Source: Vicugna vicugna
Taxonomy: Eukaryota
DNA: 64,000 bases
Assembly (NCBI GenBank): GCA_013265495.1
Contig: MU058718.1
Span: forward strand, 1,302,001 to 1,366,000
Direction: 5' to 3'
Below are positions 13,625-24,980 of this stretch, piece by piece. Both the position numbers and the translations under genes were made by a program. Each line of letters starts with the position of its first letter. Position 1 is the stretch's first letter. Under the pieces are notes generated by a model. It made no database searches. It was not told the origin of the DNA and worked only from the letters and a program-made list of their open reading frames with translations.

Positions 13625-13715
13625 CCTTTTTCTTTTCTTGTGGAAAGAGCACATTATGAGATTTACCCTCTCAACAAAATTTTAATTATGTAATATATTA
13701 TCATTGGTTATAGGT
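13625..13715 (-). mobile_element. L1MA/L1MB-type 3' terminal fragment
   Basis: T-tract followed by tgtggaaagagcacattatgagatttaccctctcaacaaaattttaa. Confidence 0.6.
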
Positions 13716-13759
13716 GAATTCTTCACGAGCTTATTATAATTTCTGTTGCATTTCTTCAG

Positions 13760-13960
13760 TGCTCAGTGTATGCCTGAGCCTCTTACGTTATTAATCATTT
13801 GAGCCTCACAACAAGACGATAGGTAAATATTTATGATTTTCTTTTGACAGATGGGGAAATTGAGGCTTAGAGAGGTTGTGCAGAAGAAGGGGGCAACACC
13901 ACAAAGCTGTGGAGACAGGCCTGGAACTTAGGTCAGAATCAGTCCAACACCCTTGTTCTC
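13760..13960 (-). mobile_element. MIR SINE relic
   Basis: tttgacagatggggaaattgaggcttagagaggtt. Confidence 0.75.
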
Positions 13961-13964
13961 ATCT

Positions 13965-14145
13965 AGTGAGTGGTTCAGAAACTGCAGTGTGCATGAGACC
14001 TACCTGTAGAGCATACAGAATGCACATTTCTGAAGCTTACCCTCCAAGGTTCTGAAGTGATGACTCTGGAGTGGGTCAGAGAAATGTGTACGTATAACAA
14101 GATCTCCAGGTGATTTTCATACAGCTGGTCCACAGATCACAAGTT
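13965..14145. mobile_element. MER5A hAT-Charlie MITE
   Basis: agtggttcagaaact...taacaagatctccaggtgattttcatacagctggtccacagatcaca. Confidence 0.7.
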
Positions 14146-14995
14146 TACAGGTGGACTTCAGGTAACTGAATTCCCTTCCTGTGGTTTCTCACCTCTCCCA
14201 GCTTCTCTGGTGGAAGGAGCGAACTATGCTGCTACCTGAAGGTTCTGGCATCTGTGCTGCTGTCAGGCGCAGGGTTGCCCTCTCCTGGCTTCCTGCTTTT
14301 TCAAACAATTCTTTAACCCTTTGCATATTTAAGCTAATCTGATCCCCATTTGAGCCATTAGTACTTAAACTTGTTGAATACATGTTGAGAGTGCTTGTAT
14401 TCATCTTGTTCATATGAGTATCTGCTGTGCATTGTACATATGACAGGAGCTCAGCAAAAGTTTATTGATTACTTTTCTATTGTGCAAATTTCTGTTTAGT
14501 CATCTTTAATTTGTGTGTTTCGTTTTCCTCAATTAGTTTGTAAGATGCCTAAGAAAAGAGACTGACTGGTCTTCCATTTTCTCTGTATTACCTTAGATCT
14601 CTTCATGCTTAGTAAAAGTTGCTGACTTGTTCAGTTATAATACAAGATGTGTAATACATTTTTGTTGAATTAATTAGCCATTCAAAGGTGTTGGTTACCA
14701 CTATTCTTTTATAGGTGATGAGATTTTCATGACTGGAAGTCTTTTGAATAGTTACAATTAGTTTTCCACCTTAAACATTCAGATGGGAGGAAAAAAAATA
14801 ACCCAATTTTAGCCTCAGAGGTAAAATATTTAACTATTCAACATTCTCTGTTTTGCATAAAGAAATGTTTAACCAAGATTCCTTGGGTTACAGTCAGATG
14901 GCCAAACATTTAGAAACAAATGTGCACACACAAATATGCAGGCAGGATTTACCTCAAAATGCAACTGCTTGTGGATTATGTCTCTACTTCTATTT

Positions 14996-15174
14996 GTTTT
15001 TTTTTTTTTGACGTATAGTCAGTTTACAATGTCATACATGGATATACGTATATTCATTTTCATATTCTTTTTCACCGTAAGCTACTACAAGATATTGAAT
15101 ATATTTCCCTGTGCTATGCAGTATAAACTTGTTTATCTATTTTGTATATACCTGTCAGTATCTGCAAATCTCGA
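14996..15174 (-). mobile_element. About 180-bp 5'-truncated young L1 3' end with perfect 14-bp TSD
   Basis: Same 3'UTR family as 2488-2750; TSD ctctacttctattt at 14982-14995 and 15175-15188. Confidence 0.9.
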
Positions 15175-15340
15175 CTCTACTTCTATTTCTTTATAGGATC
15201 TCAGTTTTTTTTCTAAAGCTTGGATCTACTAGAAGATATAGGTTGTCCTTTGCCTTTGAAGTCCTGATCAGAGATAATTATTGAGATCCCCAAAGTTTAG
15301 TCATAGCACCATGAGTTAGCAATGTAATATAAAATAAAAT

Positions 15341-15606
15341 TCCTGATGTATAACATGGTGAATATAGTTGAAAACACTGTATTACATAGTTGAAAATGCT
15401 ATATTATGTAATTGAAATCGTTGACATTTGTTAAGAGAGTAGAACTTAAATGTTCTCACTAAAAAAAGTGAATATGTGAGGTGATGGATGTGTTAATTTG
15501 GGGTACGTCTTTCACAATGTACATCAAATCATCATTGTACTCTTTAAATATCTTATGATTTTATTTGTCAGTTATACCCCAATAAAGCTGAAAATAAATA
15601 AATAAA
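15341..15606 (+). mobile_element. L1MA9-like 3' end
   Basis: taagagagtagaacttaaatgttctcac...tatgtgaggtgatggatgtgttaat...tgtcagttataccccaataaagctgaaaa with an A-rich tail. Confidence 0.8.
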
Positions 15607-16101
15607 AATAAGATAAAATGCCTGCCTTCAAGGAGCCCATAGTCTAATTGGAGTGACAATAAATAGGCATCATAGATAGTTGATAGTAAAAGATTGTTGC
15701 TTGTGTTAGGGATTTCCAGAATACTGAAGATGATCTAGTTTAGACCTCTCACTTTTCAGATAAAGGGGTTGGAAGAAGAGATTGAGTGATGTGGCAGGGT
15801 CATAGACAATGTTAAGTACATACCCTGAACCAGAGCCCTGATCCGTTTTCTCCTATTTATGAGCCCTTTCCAAATCACAGTAAAGCCTAAAAATCTCAGG
15901 AAAAAAAAAAAAAGCTTACATTTTACCAGAGCATTAGCAACCTGATGGAGTTGGCCAGGACCAAAAGGCTTGTCAGACTAGAGAATTATTACTTATATCA
16001 AATAGTGAATGTCACGGGATTAGCCAGGAAGCTAATTAGCATGGGGATGGGTGTGTGAGTCATACAGTTTCACCTGGGGAGGCAAAGGACAGGATCTAGA
16101 G

Positions 16102-16404
16102 CAGTACTGGCCACTAAAAATATGATGTGAGCCACAAATGCAAGCCACATGCGTAATTAAAAAATTTTCTAGAAGCCACAATAAAAAAAGGTAAGAAACA
16201 GGTGACATTAATTTTAATATTTTTATTTAACCCAGTATCTCTAAAATACTATCACTGTAATGTAGTAAATATGAAAAATAAGATATTTTATGTTTCTTTT
16301 TCTATATTAAGTCTTTGAAATCTATTGTGTGTTTTATACTGACAGCACGTCTCTAATGTTTAATAGCTGCAAGTGGTGAGTGGCTTCTGTATGGGACAGT
16401 GCAG
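16102..16404. mobile_element. MER33-like hAT-Charlie MITE with perfect 8-bp TSD
   Basis: Ends cagtactggcca...ggacagtgcag; TSD atctagag at 16094-16101 and 16405-16412, matching the nTCTAGAn Charlie target. Confidence 0.9.
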
Positions 16405-16489
16405 ATCTAGAGGGTTCTCGCTGATGAAAAGAAGGACTAGGAGAGAAGCAGAATGCCAAGTAGACTGATCTGGTCTGAGGATCTCCTAG

Positions 16490-16660
16490 GGAATGCTTCT
16501 CCAACTTTAACAAGCATAGAACTCACTTAGGGATCTGATTAAAATGCATATTCTGATCCATTGGGTCTGGGATTCTGGGGTAGGTCTAGGATTCTTTTGG
16601 GCTATGGTTTTGGGCGATGCTGATACTGCTGGTCTGTGATTCACACTTTGAGTAGCCAGG
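16490..16660. mobile_element. MER5A hAT-Charlie MITE
   Basis: ttaaaatgcatattctgatccattgggtctggg...gatgctgatactgctggtctgtgattcacactttgagtagc. Confidence 0.8.
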
Positions 16661-16946
16661 TAAATTTAGGAGATTAACCATGGTGGGGAGACAGAATCAA
16701 ATAAGGAAGTTCTAAGTGTGTCAATCAGAATTTTATCAGCAGGAGGAAATGTTTTTCCCCACTGAGTTCCTTGGCCCATGAAATGGGAACTTCTATCAAC
16801 ACTTCTGCTTTCTCAGAAAAGTAGAGAAAGCCATTCTGTCTGTGATTTTGTCTTTCTCAGTCATAACTGAGGTAGGCTGAGGTGTGCTTCTTTGGGGCAA
16901 GAAGAGACAGCAGAACTGTTGGTAGAAGTTCCTGTTTCACATCATG

Positions 16947-17085
16947 AAATGAGTCCTATGTAAATTAAAATTTACAGGAAAGCTTCTTCCAACACTCAAA
17001 GAACAGCTCATTTATAAACAGACAGATTCTTTTAAGAATGACAAAGAAAGTCCTATGTAAATTTTAATTTACATAGGACTCATTT
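16947..17085. repeat. Complex inverted-duplication junction (30-bp IR, 75-bp inverted copy of 17962-18036, 15-bp hairpin)
   Basis: Base-by-base comparison: 16971-17045 = reverse complement of 17962-18036 (75/75); 16947-16976 = reverse complement of 17056-17085 (30/30); 17049-17063 pairs with 17066-17080. Confidence 0.95.
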
Positions 17086-20000
17086 AATGTATTTCAAAAC
17101 ACTTTATGACTTAGTCCACAGAGCTCTTGAATGTATTTTGCTAGATTTATTCCTGGGTGAAATGTATCATTTTTGTTGCTGTAGTAAATAACATTTTGGA
17201 AAATTACATATTTTTCTCAGTTTGTTGCTGGTGTCTAGAAATATAATTGGTTTTGATTTTATATCTAGAAAACCCATTAAACTAAATCTCATAATTTGTC
17301 TGAAATTTTCTGTGATTTTCCAAGTAGATAGTCATATCATCTTCAAATAATATCAGGTTTTTTTTCTTTCTTTCTAATCCTATTCCTTTTTTTCTTTGCT
17401 CTTGTCATACTGCGCTATCTAGGTTTTTCACTGCATTGCTGAATTTATGACATGAGAGTGGGTATATCTGTATTGCTTTTGAAAGTTTTAATATTCACCA
17501 TTAAGTATGTAATTATAAATATGTACATATAATTTTGTAGACATCCTTTATCAGTTTAAGGGCATTTTATTCTATTCCTGTTTTATTTTGAATTATGAAA
17601 ATCTGTGCTAAATTATATAAAATGATCTTTTTTTTGCATCAATTGAGTTGATCATATGGTTTTCCTCTTCTAAGCTATTAATGTGGTAAATTATATTAAT
17701 ATATTTTCTAATATTGAACTAACTTTTCATGTCTGGAATAAACCCTACATGGTTATGAGATACTGTATTTTTTATATATTGCCATATTTGGATGGTAATA
17801 TTTTACCTAGAACTTTTATATTTTTCTGTATAACAGAGATTAGCCTGTGATACTGCTTTTTTAATAGTTTCCTTATCTGTTTTTTAATCTATTTTGATGT
17901 CACAGATATCACTAATATAATGAGGTATGGCTTATACAATAAGCTGGGGAGATTTTCCTCTTTTGTCATTCTTAAAAGAATCTGTCTGTTTATAAATGAG
18001 CTGTTCTTTGAGTGTTGGAAGAAGCTTTCCTGTAAAGTTTCCTGTAAAAAGCCTGATGTATTCATTTTGGGAAGATACTTATCTACTAGTTCAATTTCTT
18101 CAATTTTTATAATGTCATCCATTTTTCTATTTCCTCATGGGCTGGTTTTGGTGGTTTGTATTTCTTTAGTAACTTACCCTTTTCTTGAAGTTTTCAAAAT
18201 TTTTTGGCATAAAGTTGTTCACTTTTCTTGTCATCATTTTCCTGATTTATCTACAGTTTCTCCATTTTCATTTCTAATATTGTTTATTTAGACTTCTTTT
18301 TTTTGATCTTGCCAAAATTTTGTCAGTTCCATGAGTTTTTTTATAGGACCAACTTTCAACTTTGTTAATTTGCTCTATCATGTGTTTGTTTTTTATTTCA
18401 TTAATTTCTGTTCCTGTCTTTATATTCTTTGCTTTCTTTGGGTTTATTTTTATTTTCTTTTTTAAACTTCTTAATTTTTAGTCCTTTGTTCTCTATATAT
18501 CATTTAAGGCAGTACATTTTCCTCTAGGTACCACTAAATCTTTGTTCTATATTTTTAGCATTTAGTTTTCTAATTTCCATTGTGTTTTGTACCTTTGGTC
18601 TTTGAATTACTGAGAAATGTTTTAAAATTTCTGAATGTATGTCATTTTGTTAGCTGTCTTTTTGTAACTCTTCGTAAGATTGTTTTCATTGTAGAAGTGT
18701 AAGAGGTCTCATGATGCCAATCTTTAATGATTTGTAGAGTCTTGCGGCAGGATGTGGTTAATTTTTTTAAAGCAATTCAAAAGTGCATGAAAATTTGGGT
18801 GCATTTTTCTATGAAAGCTGATTTCAAATCATTATTGATTTAATTTCTGCTTTATATATCAATTACTGAAAAGGATACATTAAAATTTGTGTACTATAAT
18901 GATGGATTTATTAAATTTCCTTCTAGTTTTACATATTAAAATATTTTAAAGGCTGTATTTTTAGGTACAATCAAGTTTAGAAGTAACTTCATATTGTGTT
19001 GAACTTTTAATTACTATTCAGAGCACTTTTCTTTTAATTTTCAGTAATGCGTTTTGCCTTAAGTCTATTTTGATCAGTTTCAGTATAGCTATAGATATCT
19101 TTTTGGGGAGGATATATAAGTGTTCACCTTGTATATCTTCTTCCTTCCTTCAATTGTAAGTAGTCTTTGTGTCCTAATGTTTATAAGGATCTCCTGTAAA
19201 CAGTGTTTAACTGGAATTCTTCTTTTACCTAGACTGATGACATCTTTTGTTTTCTGAACTGGAGAGTTTTAGTCTGTTAACAGTTATTTTGATTATTGAT
19301 GTATTAATACTAATTTCTATTAGAATTTTACTCTTTTTCCACCTTTTTAGTTTTCTTTCTCTTTTAATGCTGCTTCTGTAGTTTTTCTCTTTATTCCCAT
19401 TCCATACCCTCCTACTAGGTTAGAGAACTTAACTTCTGAAGTGTGTACATTTACTAGTCACCTTTAATGTTTTAATATGGTCATTTAACTTGTTAAAGCC
19501 TATGGTTACTTAGTTTCTTTTTCCTCTACCCAAATTATACAAATACCTTAGAACACTTTAATCACCACTTTCCCCATTTGTATTATGTCTTTTTTAGTAT
19601 ATTTTAGTTCTAACTTCACAAAAAAAATTATTATTACCGCTCTACACAGTGTTAATTAGATCAGCATTTCTTAACCTCAGAACTATTGATATCTGAGGCC
19701 AGATAAGCCCTTGCTGTGAGGAGATGTCCTGTACATTGTAGGACGTTTAGTAGCGTCCCTGCTCCCTGTATACTAGATGCCAGTAGCATCATCCCTCCCC
19801 TAGTTGTCATAGACACGAATATCTTCAAAATTATCAAATGTCCCTTCGGGGAGGCAGGGAATTTTTCCTGGTCAAGAACCACTGATTTAGATACCCATTT
19901 ATCTTACGATATCTTTTCTCAATATTCTGTTAGAAATCACACCTTTTCATCATTTTCCTTCTGCCTATAATAAATAGAGTTTTCTTTAGTGAAGTCTGTA

Positions 20001-21250
20001 TGGCAGAAGGTAACCAATCTGGTTTTGTTTTGTTTTTTATAAATCTGAGAAAAGTATTTTTTTGTTCTAAAAAAGATAATTTATTGGGTGTGGAATTCTA
20101 GATGAGAGTAATTTTCTGTTAGTACGGTGGAAAAATCATTCCACTATTTGGTGACATTGTGGCTGTTGAAAAGAAAGAGCTATCAATTTAATTGTCATTC
20201 AGTTTTAGATAATAGGTCTTTTCTTCTGGCTCATTTGAAGAAAAAATTCTGTCTTTTCTATTAAGTACTGCTATTGTATGTCTAGGAGTTTATCTCTGTT
20301 TTTCTTGCTTGTAATTTTTGGAGTTTTTTGAACCCAAGAATTGGTAACTTTTAACAGTTTTTGAAAATTCTCAGCTATTATTTCTTTGAAAGTTGTTTCT
20401 TCCCCACTCTCAGTTATCTTTCTAAAAATTAAACACATATTACAATTTTCTCACATTATCCTTCATTTTCGCTTAATTTTTCTTTAACATTTTTCTTCTC
20501 ATGCTCTTTTATTTTTGTATTTCTTTGTATTTATCTTCCAGTTTAGTAGTTATCTCCAGTGTTGTCTAATATGCTGTTTCACCTTTGAACTGAATTTTTA
20601 CTTTTAGTTTTTTAATTTCTGTTTGTTCCATTTGGTTCTTTTTCAAATGCTCTTGAAATTTTAAAAATTACTTCTTCATTCTACTCACATTTTGGTCTCT
20701 CTTTTATTTCTTTAAACATATTAAACAAACTTATGTTCTATTTTGTGAGGGTTATTGTTTCTTTGTGGGTCTGATTTTGCTGTCTGTTGTATCTACTTGT
20801 TCTCTCTTATGGTACTTTGTTTCCTTGTGTATTTTGTGTTTTTGAAACCATGGGGATTCTGTCAGACCTAGACTGAGATTGATTTTTGATGATGTCTGCT
20901 AGTCACATAAGGATTATTGTTAATATGTGAACTTAAAATTAAATTCTCCATTCAAGGTTTTTTATTTAAATTTTGTTTTTGTTTTGTTTTTCTGAGCCAC
21001 GTAAGTAGGTAAAATTGGCCTGGAAACCCATGTGAGGGAGATCTTATGATTATGATTTCTTACGGATGATTTTTACTCTTCACCCATTACCCAGTGTCCT
21101 TATTATCCCTTCTACAACATGAGTTTATTTCTAGTAGCTTGTAGTCCTTTGAAGCCTCAGCCTTTCCATCCTAAATGCCCCCTAGGCTTTTTCTCTGTGT
21201 TCTATTTACATGTAGCCCTTTTTAAGAACTGAAGCGCCTGAGATGCCTAC
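17066..21250 (-). mobile_element. Old degenerate L1M element (ORF2, inter-ORF and ORF1 regions), 3'-truncated
   Basis: Long T-rich tract with antisense L1 motifs (tagatttattcctgg, tctggaataaaccctacatggttatga, gaaaattctcagctattatttcttt). Confidence 0.85.
19662..19884. mobile_element. MER20 hAT-Charlie MITE nested in L1
   Basis: tgtcctgtacattgtaggacgtttagtagcgtccctg...actagatgccagtagca...caaatgtccc...gaaccactg; TSD aattagat/atttagat (7/8). Confidence 0.92.
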
Positions 21251-21990
21251 TCTTACCCTACTTTGAAGCAATCAGGTTTCTTTGATTCCAGTGCAAGACT
21301 TGAGACTCTTGAGTCAAAGAGGAAGGATAATTTTGTTTTTGTTTGTTTTTTAAATAGCAGTAGGAGTAGCCAGAATATCAGCGTTTTACACTGGTTCCCT
21401 AAGCCTGAATTTTCACGAGGTGACATGAAGAGGTGTCTGATGACATCTTTGCCACAGTGGATTGTGTTATTAGACAGGAACCCTGAGCCTAGGGAACCCA
21501 GATCTTTTATAATGGGCATTTAAGCATGCCTGTTTTTTTTGCTCTGCAGGGAGACACTATTAGCTTCCAAGGCTGTTCAGGAAACAAACATTCTTGAAAA
21601 GTTAGTTTAAAACAAAGAACAGCTAGTGCCTTTCTCACAAGATATAGAAACAAGAGAGACCTGGGGAGAATAATCTCCCAAAGGTCATCAAAATGGAAAG
21701 TCATGTTTCAGCAGATATCCTTAGAATAAACATTATTAGTGCTAGCTAATCTCAGAGAATTCTTATTCGTTTTAACCATTACAGCTTCCTTACTTTTTTG
21801 CTAATTATATGTTTAGTATATTTTATTCATCATTTTTTAAAACAAAAACATCTACTCAAATTTGTGATCTAGTCTGTGATCTTGTTTGAAATTGAAGTTG
21901 CAAAGTTAATTTATAGGACTTAACATAAGCCAACTACTTACCCTAAGCTTATTTCTTTCTGTAATCTCTAACTGGTGTGCAGTATCTGAA

Positions 21991-22070
21991 CTACAGGCAC
22001 TTTCTTTATATGACATTTTCTACTTTGGAGCTACAAGCAGTTTCTTTATATTACATTTTCTTCTTTGGTG
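21991..22070. repeat. Diverged 40-bp tandem duplication
   Basis: ctacaggcactttctttatatgacattttctactttggag / ctacaagcagtttctttatattacattttcttctttggtg. Confidence 0.85.
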
Positions 22071-22984
22071 TTGCAATATATAGCTTTCCATCTAAAAAAA
22101 AAGAATAATTTAACATTCAAAGGAAGGTTCTGCTCTTGTGTTTTCCACATAAGTGGCTGTAATCTCTTTCTTGAAGACAGAACAGAAGAACAACTGCAAA
22201 TCTCAGTCAAGAATGGCACCTCTGTGGATGGTGGGGTTAGTCAACAAGAATAAAACTGTGTTAGATTAGTCTCTGATTTGAAATAATTTTCTTTGATTGG
22301 AAGTACTTTGGACTTGCAGATATTGGTAAAATTGTCTTTACTACTTTTTTATATATTTCAAACTCTCACGCAGCTTATTTCTCATGAGCTTTTTGTTGTG
22401 GCCATATGTGTGTGGCCCATGTGTAGATGTTAGGAAGTAGTTAAATGGCCAGAATTTAAAACATAGTCTTGTTAAGTTCCAGCATCAGTGTAGTTTGTCC
22501 TTTTTTTTTGCTGTCCACAATGGTAGTATTTGGTAGTGAGACACAGCATAAGTCCCACAAGGAGACATTTATATGAGAATAGAAAATCTTTCAGACAGAA
22601 TTTGGCAGTATTGATTTTTTTCTACCCAACCCCTGAAGGTATCTCTTTCCATTGTTGGTGAGGTTAAATGATTTCTAAGAGGTCACTGAAAGGTACTTAT
22701 AGATCACTTATGCTGTGAGTCCAGTTCCCAGATTTCTGTGCCATTTAGTTTTGTGCACTAAGGATAGGGCTAATTTCCACATTATAGGTGAAACACCAAG
22801 GTGCAAAGTGGTAAATTGTTTTTATTGTCACATTGCTGAAGAATAAAGAGCTGGTAGAGACCTAAGTGAAGGTCTTTTCCAAGTTTGATGCTTTTGCCAA
22901 ATTATAAATATTTCCCAGATTGTGTCTAGTAATCTTTTTTAAAAAACAGATGTCAATAAGTGTTCCAATAAATAAGGGTCAAAT

Positions 22985-23535
22985 GATTTTTAAAATGTTG
23001 GTTTTAATAAAATTTACAGTGTCCTTTTCATATATTTTGCATTCTAATTCTTTATTAGTTATATGTCCTGTACATGCATTTTCTTATTCTGGGCCTTGTC
23101 TTTTTACTTTGTTACAGTATCTGTTGATGAATAGAAGTTTTAAATGAAACTATTGACTAATTTATTAGTATTTTTTCCATCATTTAAGCTTTTGAAGTTT
23201 GGTTTTAGGGATACCTCCCCACTCTCATATAATCTCATGTATTTTCTACTAGAAATTCAATGTTTTGTTTTTTACATTTACGTCCATAATATACCTAGAA
23301 CTAGAACTGATAATATATCTGAAACTGATCTGGGGATACTGTGTGAGGTAAGGATTTAATTTTTTTCCCACATGGATAGATAATTTTGTCCCTATACCAT
23401 CTGAAAACTGATCTTCACGGTTTATCTTCACCATGTGTGAGATTTCTACGTATATGTGAATTTGTCTCTGGCCTGTCTATATTGTTCCATTTGATTACTC
23501 TGTCTGTTCATACGCCAATATCATTACTGTTTGTA
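22985..23535 (-). mobile_element. Old L1M ORF2 fragment
   Basis: Antisense ORF2 motifs (tgatgaatagaagttttaa, tgtctctggcctgtctatattgttccatttg); ORF 23249-23434 KKLNPYLTQY is L1-like. Confidence 0.75.
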
Positions 23536-24010
23536 ATTGCCAAAAAAAACCCCACAAAAAAACAAAACCCCAAACCAAAATGGTCTAAATGTTCAGCAAG
23601 AGACTAGATGAATACATTGTGATATAGTCATACAATTAAATATTACTTAGCAGTGAAAATAAACAAATTAGAGTTATACATGTTAAAGTCTCATAAATGT
23701 TGAGCTCCCCCCAAATAATTAGCAAGATAGAATATTACATCATTTTTATAAAAGCTAAAAGCATAAGAAACAGGACTACTCATTATTTAGGAATATATGG
23801 AAGTAAAATAAAATAAACTAATAAATGCATAGAAACAATGTACATTTGGAATTTTGTTCCTTCTGAGAGATGGAAGTGGTATGATGAGGGATGTACACAC
23901 AGAATCTTCAACTGTATTTATGATCTTTCTTTCTTAAACTTCTAGGTGGGTCCTTGGGTTTGTTTTATTATTCTTCCCACCTTTTTATGTCTTAAATTTT
24001 TTCTGATATT
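23530..24010 (+). mobile_element. Old L1ME-type ORF2 end and 3'UTR
   Basis: tgtttgtaattgccaaaa (LFVIAK)...atgaatacattgtgatatagtcatacaattaaatattacttagcagtgaaaataaac. Confidence 0.7.
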
Positions 24011-24029
24011 TTTACAAATCACAATATAA

Positions 24030-24225
24030 ATTGCCTTTACTGCAGTAGTTCTCAGAGCCTTTAATTTGCTAATAGACCTTGTCTTAATCCAAAAAAGGGG
24101 GGCATTCTGTGAGTATTTTCCACATTTGATTGACCATGGAATCTTCTTTTCCCAGGAACACCTATTGGTACCTTGGGAATTAGTCTGTTTTATGGATCCC
24201 AGATTCAGAATATGTACATTAGACC
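24030..24225. mobile_element. hAT-Charlie-type DNA transposon relic
   Basis: tttgattgaccatggaatcttcttttcccaggaacacctatt motif; a related end is at about 57505-57580. Confidence 0.5.
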
Positions 24226-24249
24226 ATACTGCTAATAAAGATGAGACAG

Positions 24250-24980
24250 GGGGAGAGGGCCCAGCGACACTGAGCCGACACCTCCTGGGCCCTCCCGGAG
24301 ACACTCCCCACCGTGGCCCAGTCTGTCAGCTGGTTATTCCTGAGCCAAAGATACAGGCTTCATGGGGCGGGAGAGACGGCTGCAGGGTTTTAGGGGAGAA
24401 AGGGACCCAGTTCCCAAACTGAAGGAGAGCGGACAGCACCTGCCGTAAGGAGCTGGAGCCTCTGCCCGGGCCGGGGGCCTCGCTCTCCCGTCTGCAGAAG
24501 GAGAACTTGAGGACTGTCAGGGAGAGGGCAGGACAGACAGATGAGCAAACCACCGTATCCTGGCTCCAAATTCCCAAGAGCCCGCGACTCCGGGCGCTGC
24601 CCAGCCTGCCCTGGTGCTACAGCCGTCTTGCCGCATCGCGCTCCCTCCCAGCCGCCCAGCGGCGGTTCCTAAATGTCTTGTTTCAAAGTCTCTGCTCTGA
24701 CCTTTGCCAAACTTCTGAGCTCCCCAAGGGACTAGAAACTTCATCTCAGCTGCTCTGCCCGGAACGAGACAAAAATACAAAAGGGAAACTCACGTGTGGT
24801 CTGAGCGAGGTGGCGCATTCTGGGGAGCATCCGCACGCCAGGGACTGAGCTTCCTCCCGCGTCTGGAGCCTCCACGTGGACGGCTGAGCTCCGCACACGC
24901 GCCACCCCGACGCCGTCCTCCCGGAACAGCAGGGTAGGCGGAGGTCATGGTCCGAAGCGGGCGGTGTCAGGACTCGGGAC
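24250..24980. promoter_or_regulatory. CpG island; candidate promoter or enhancer
   Basis: About 47 CpG in about 740 bp by hand count, GC-rich against an AT-rich CpG-poor background; not repeat-derived; E-boxes CACGTG at 24791 and 24873; CTCF-like gagcgaggtggcgc at 24803-24816. Confidence 0.75.
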
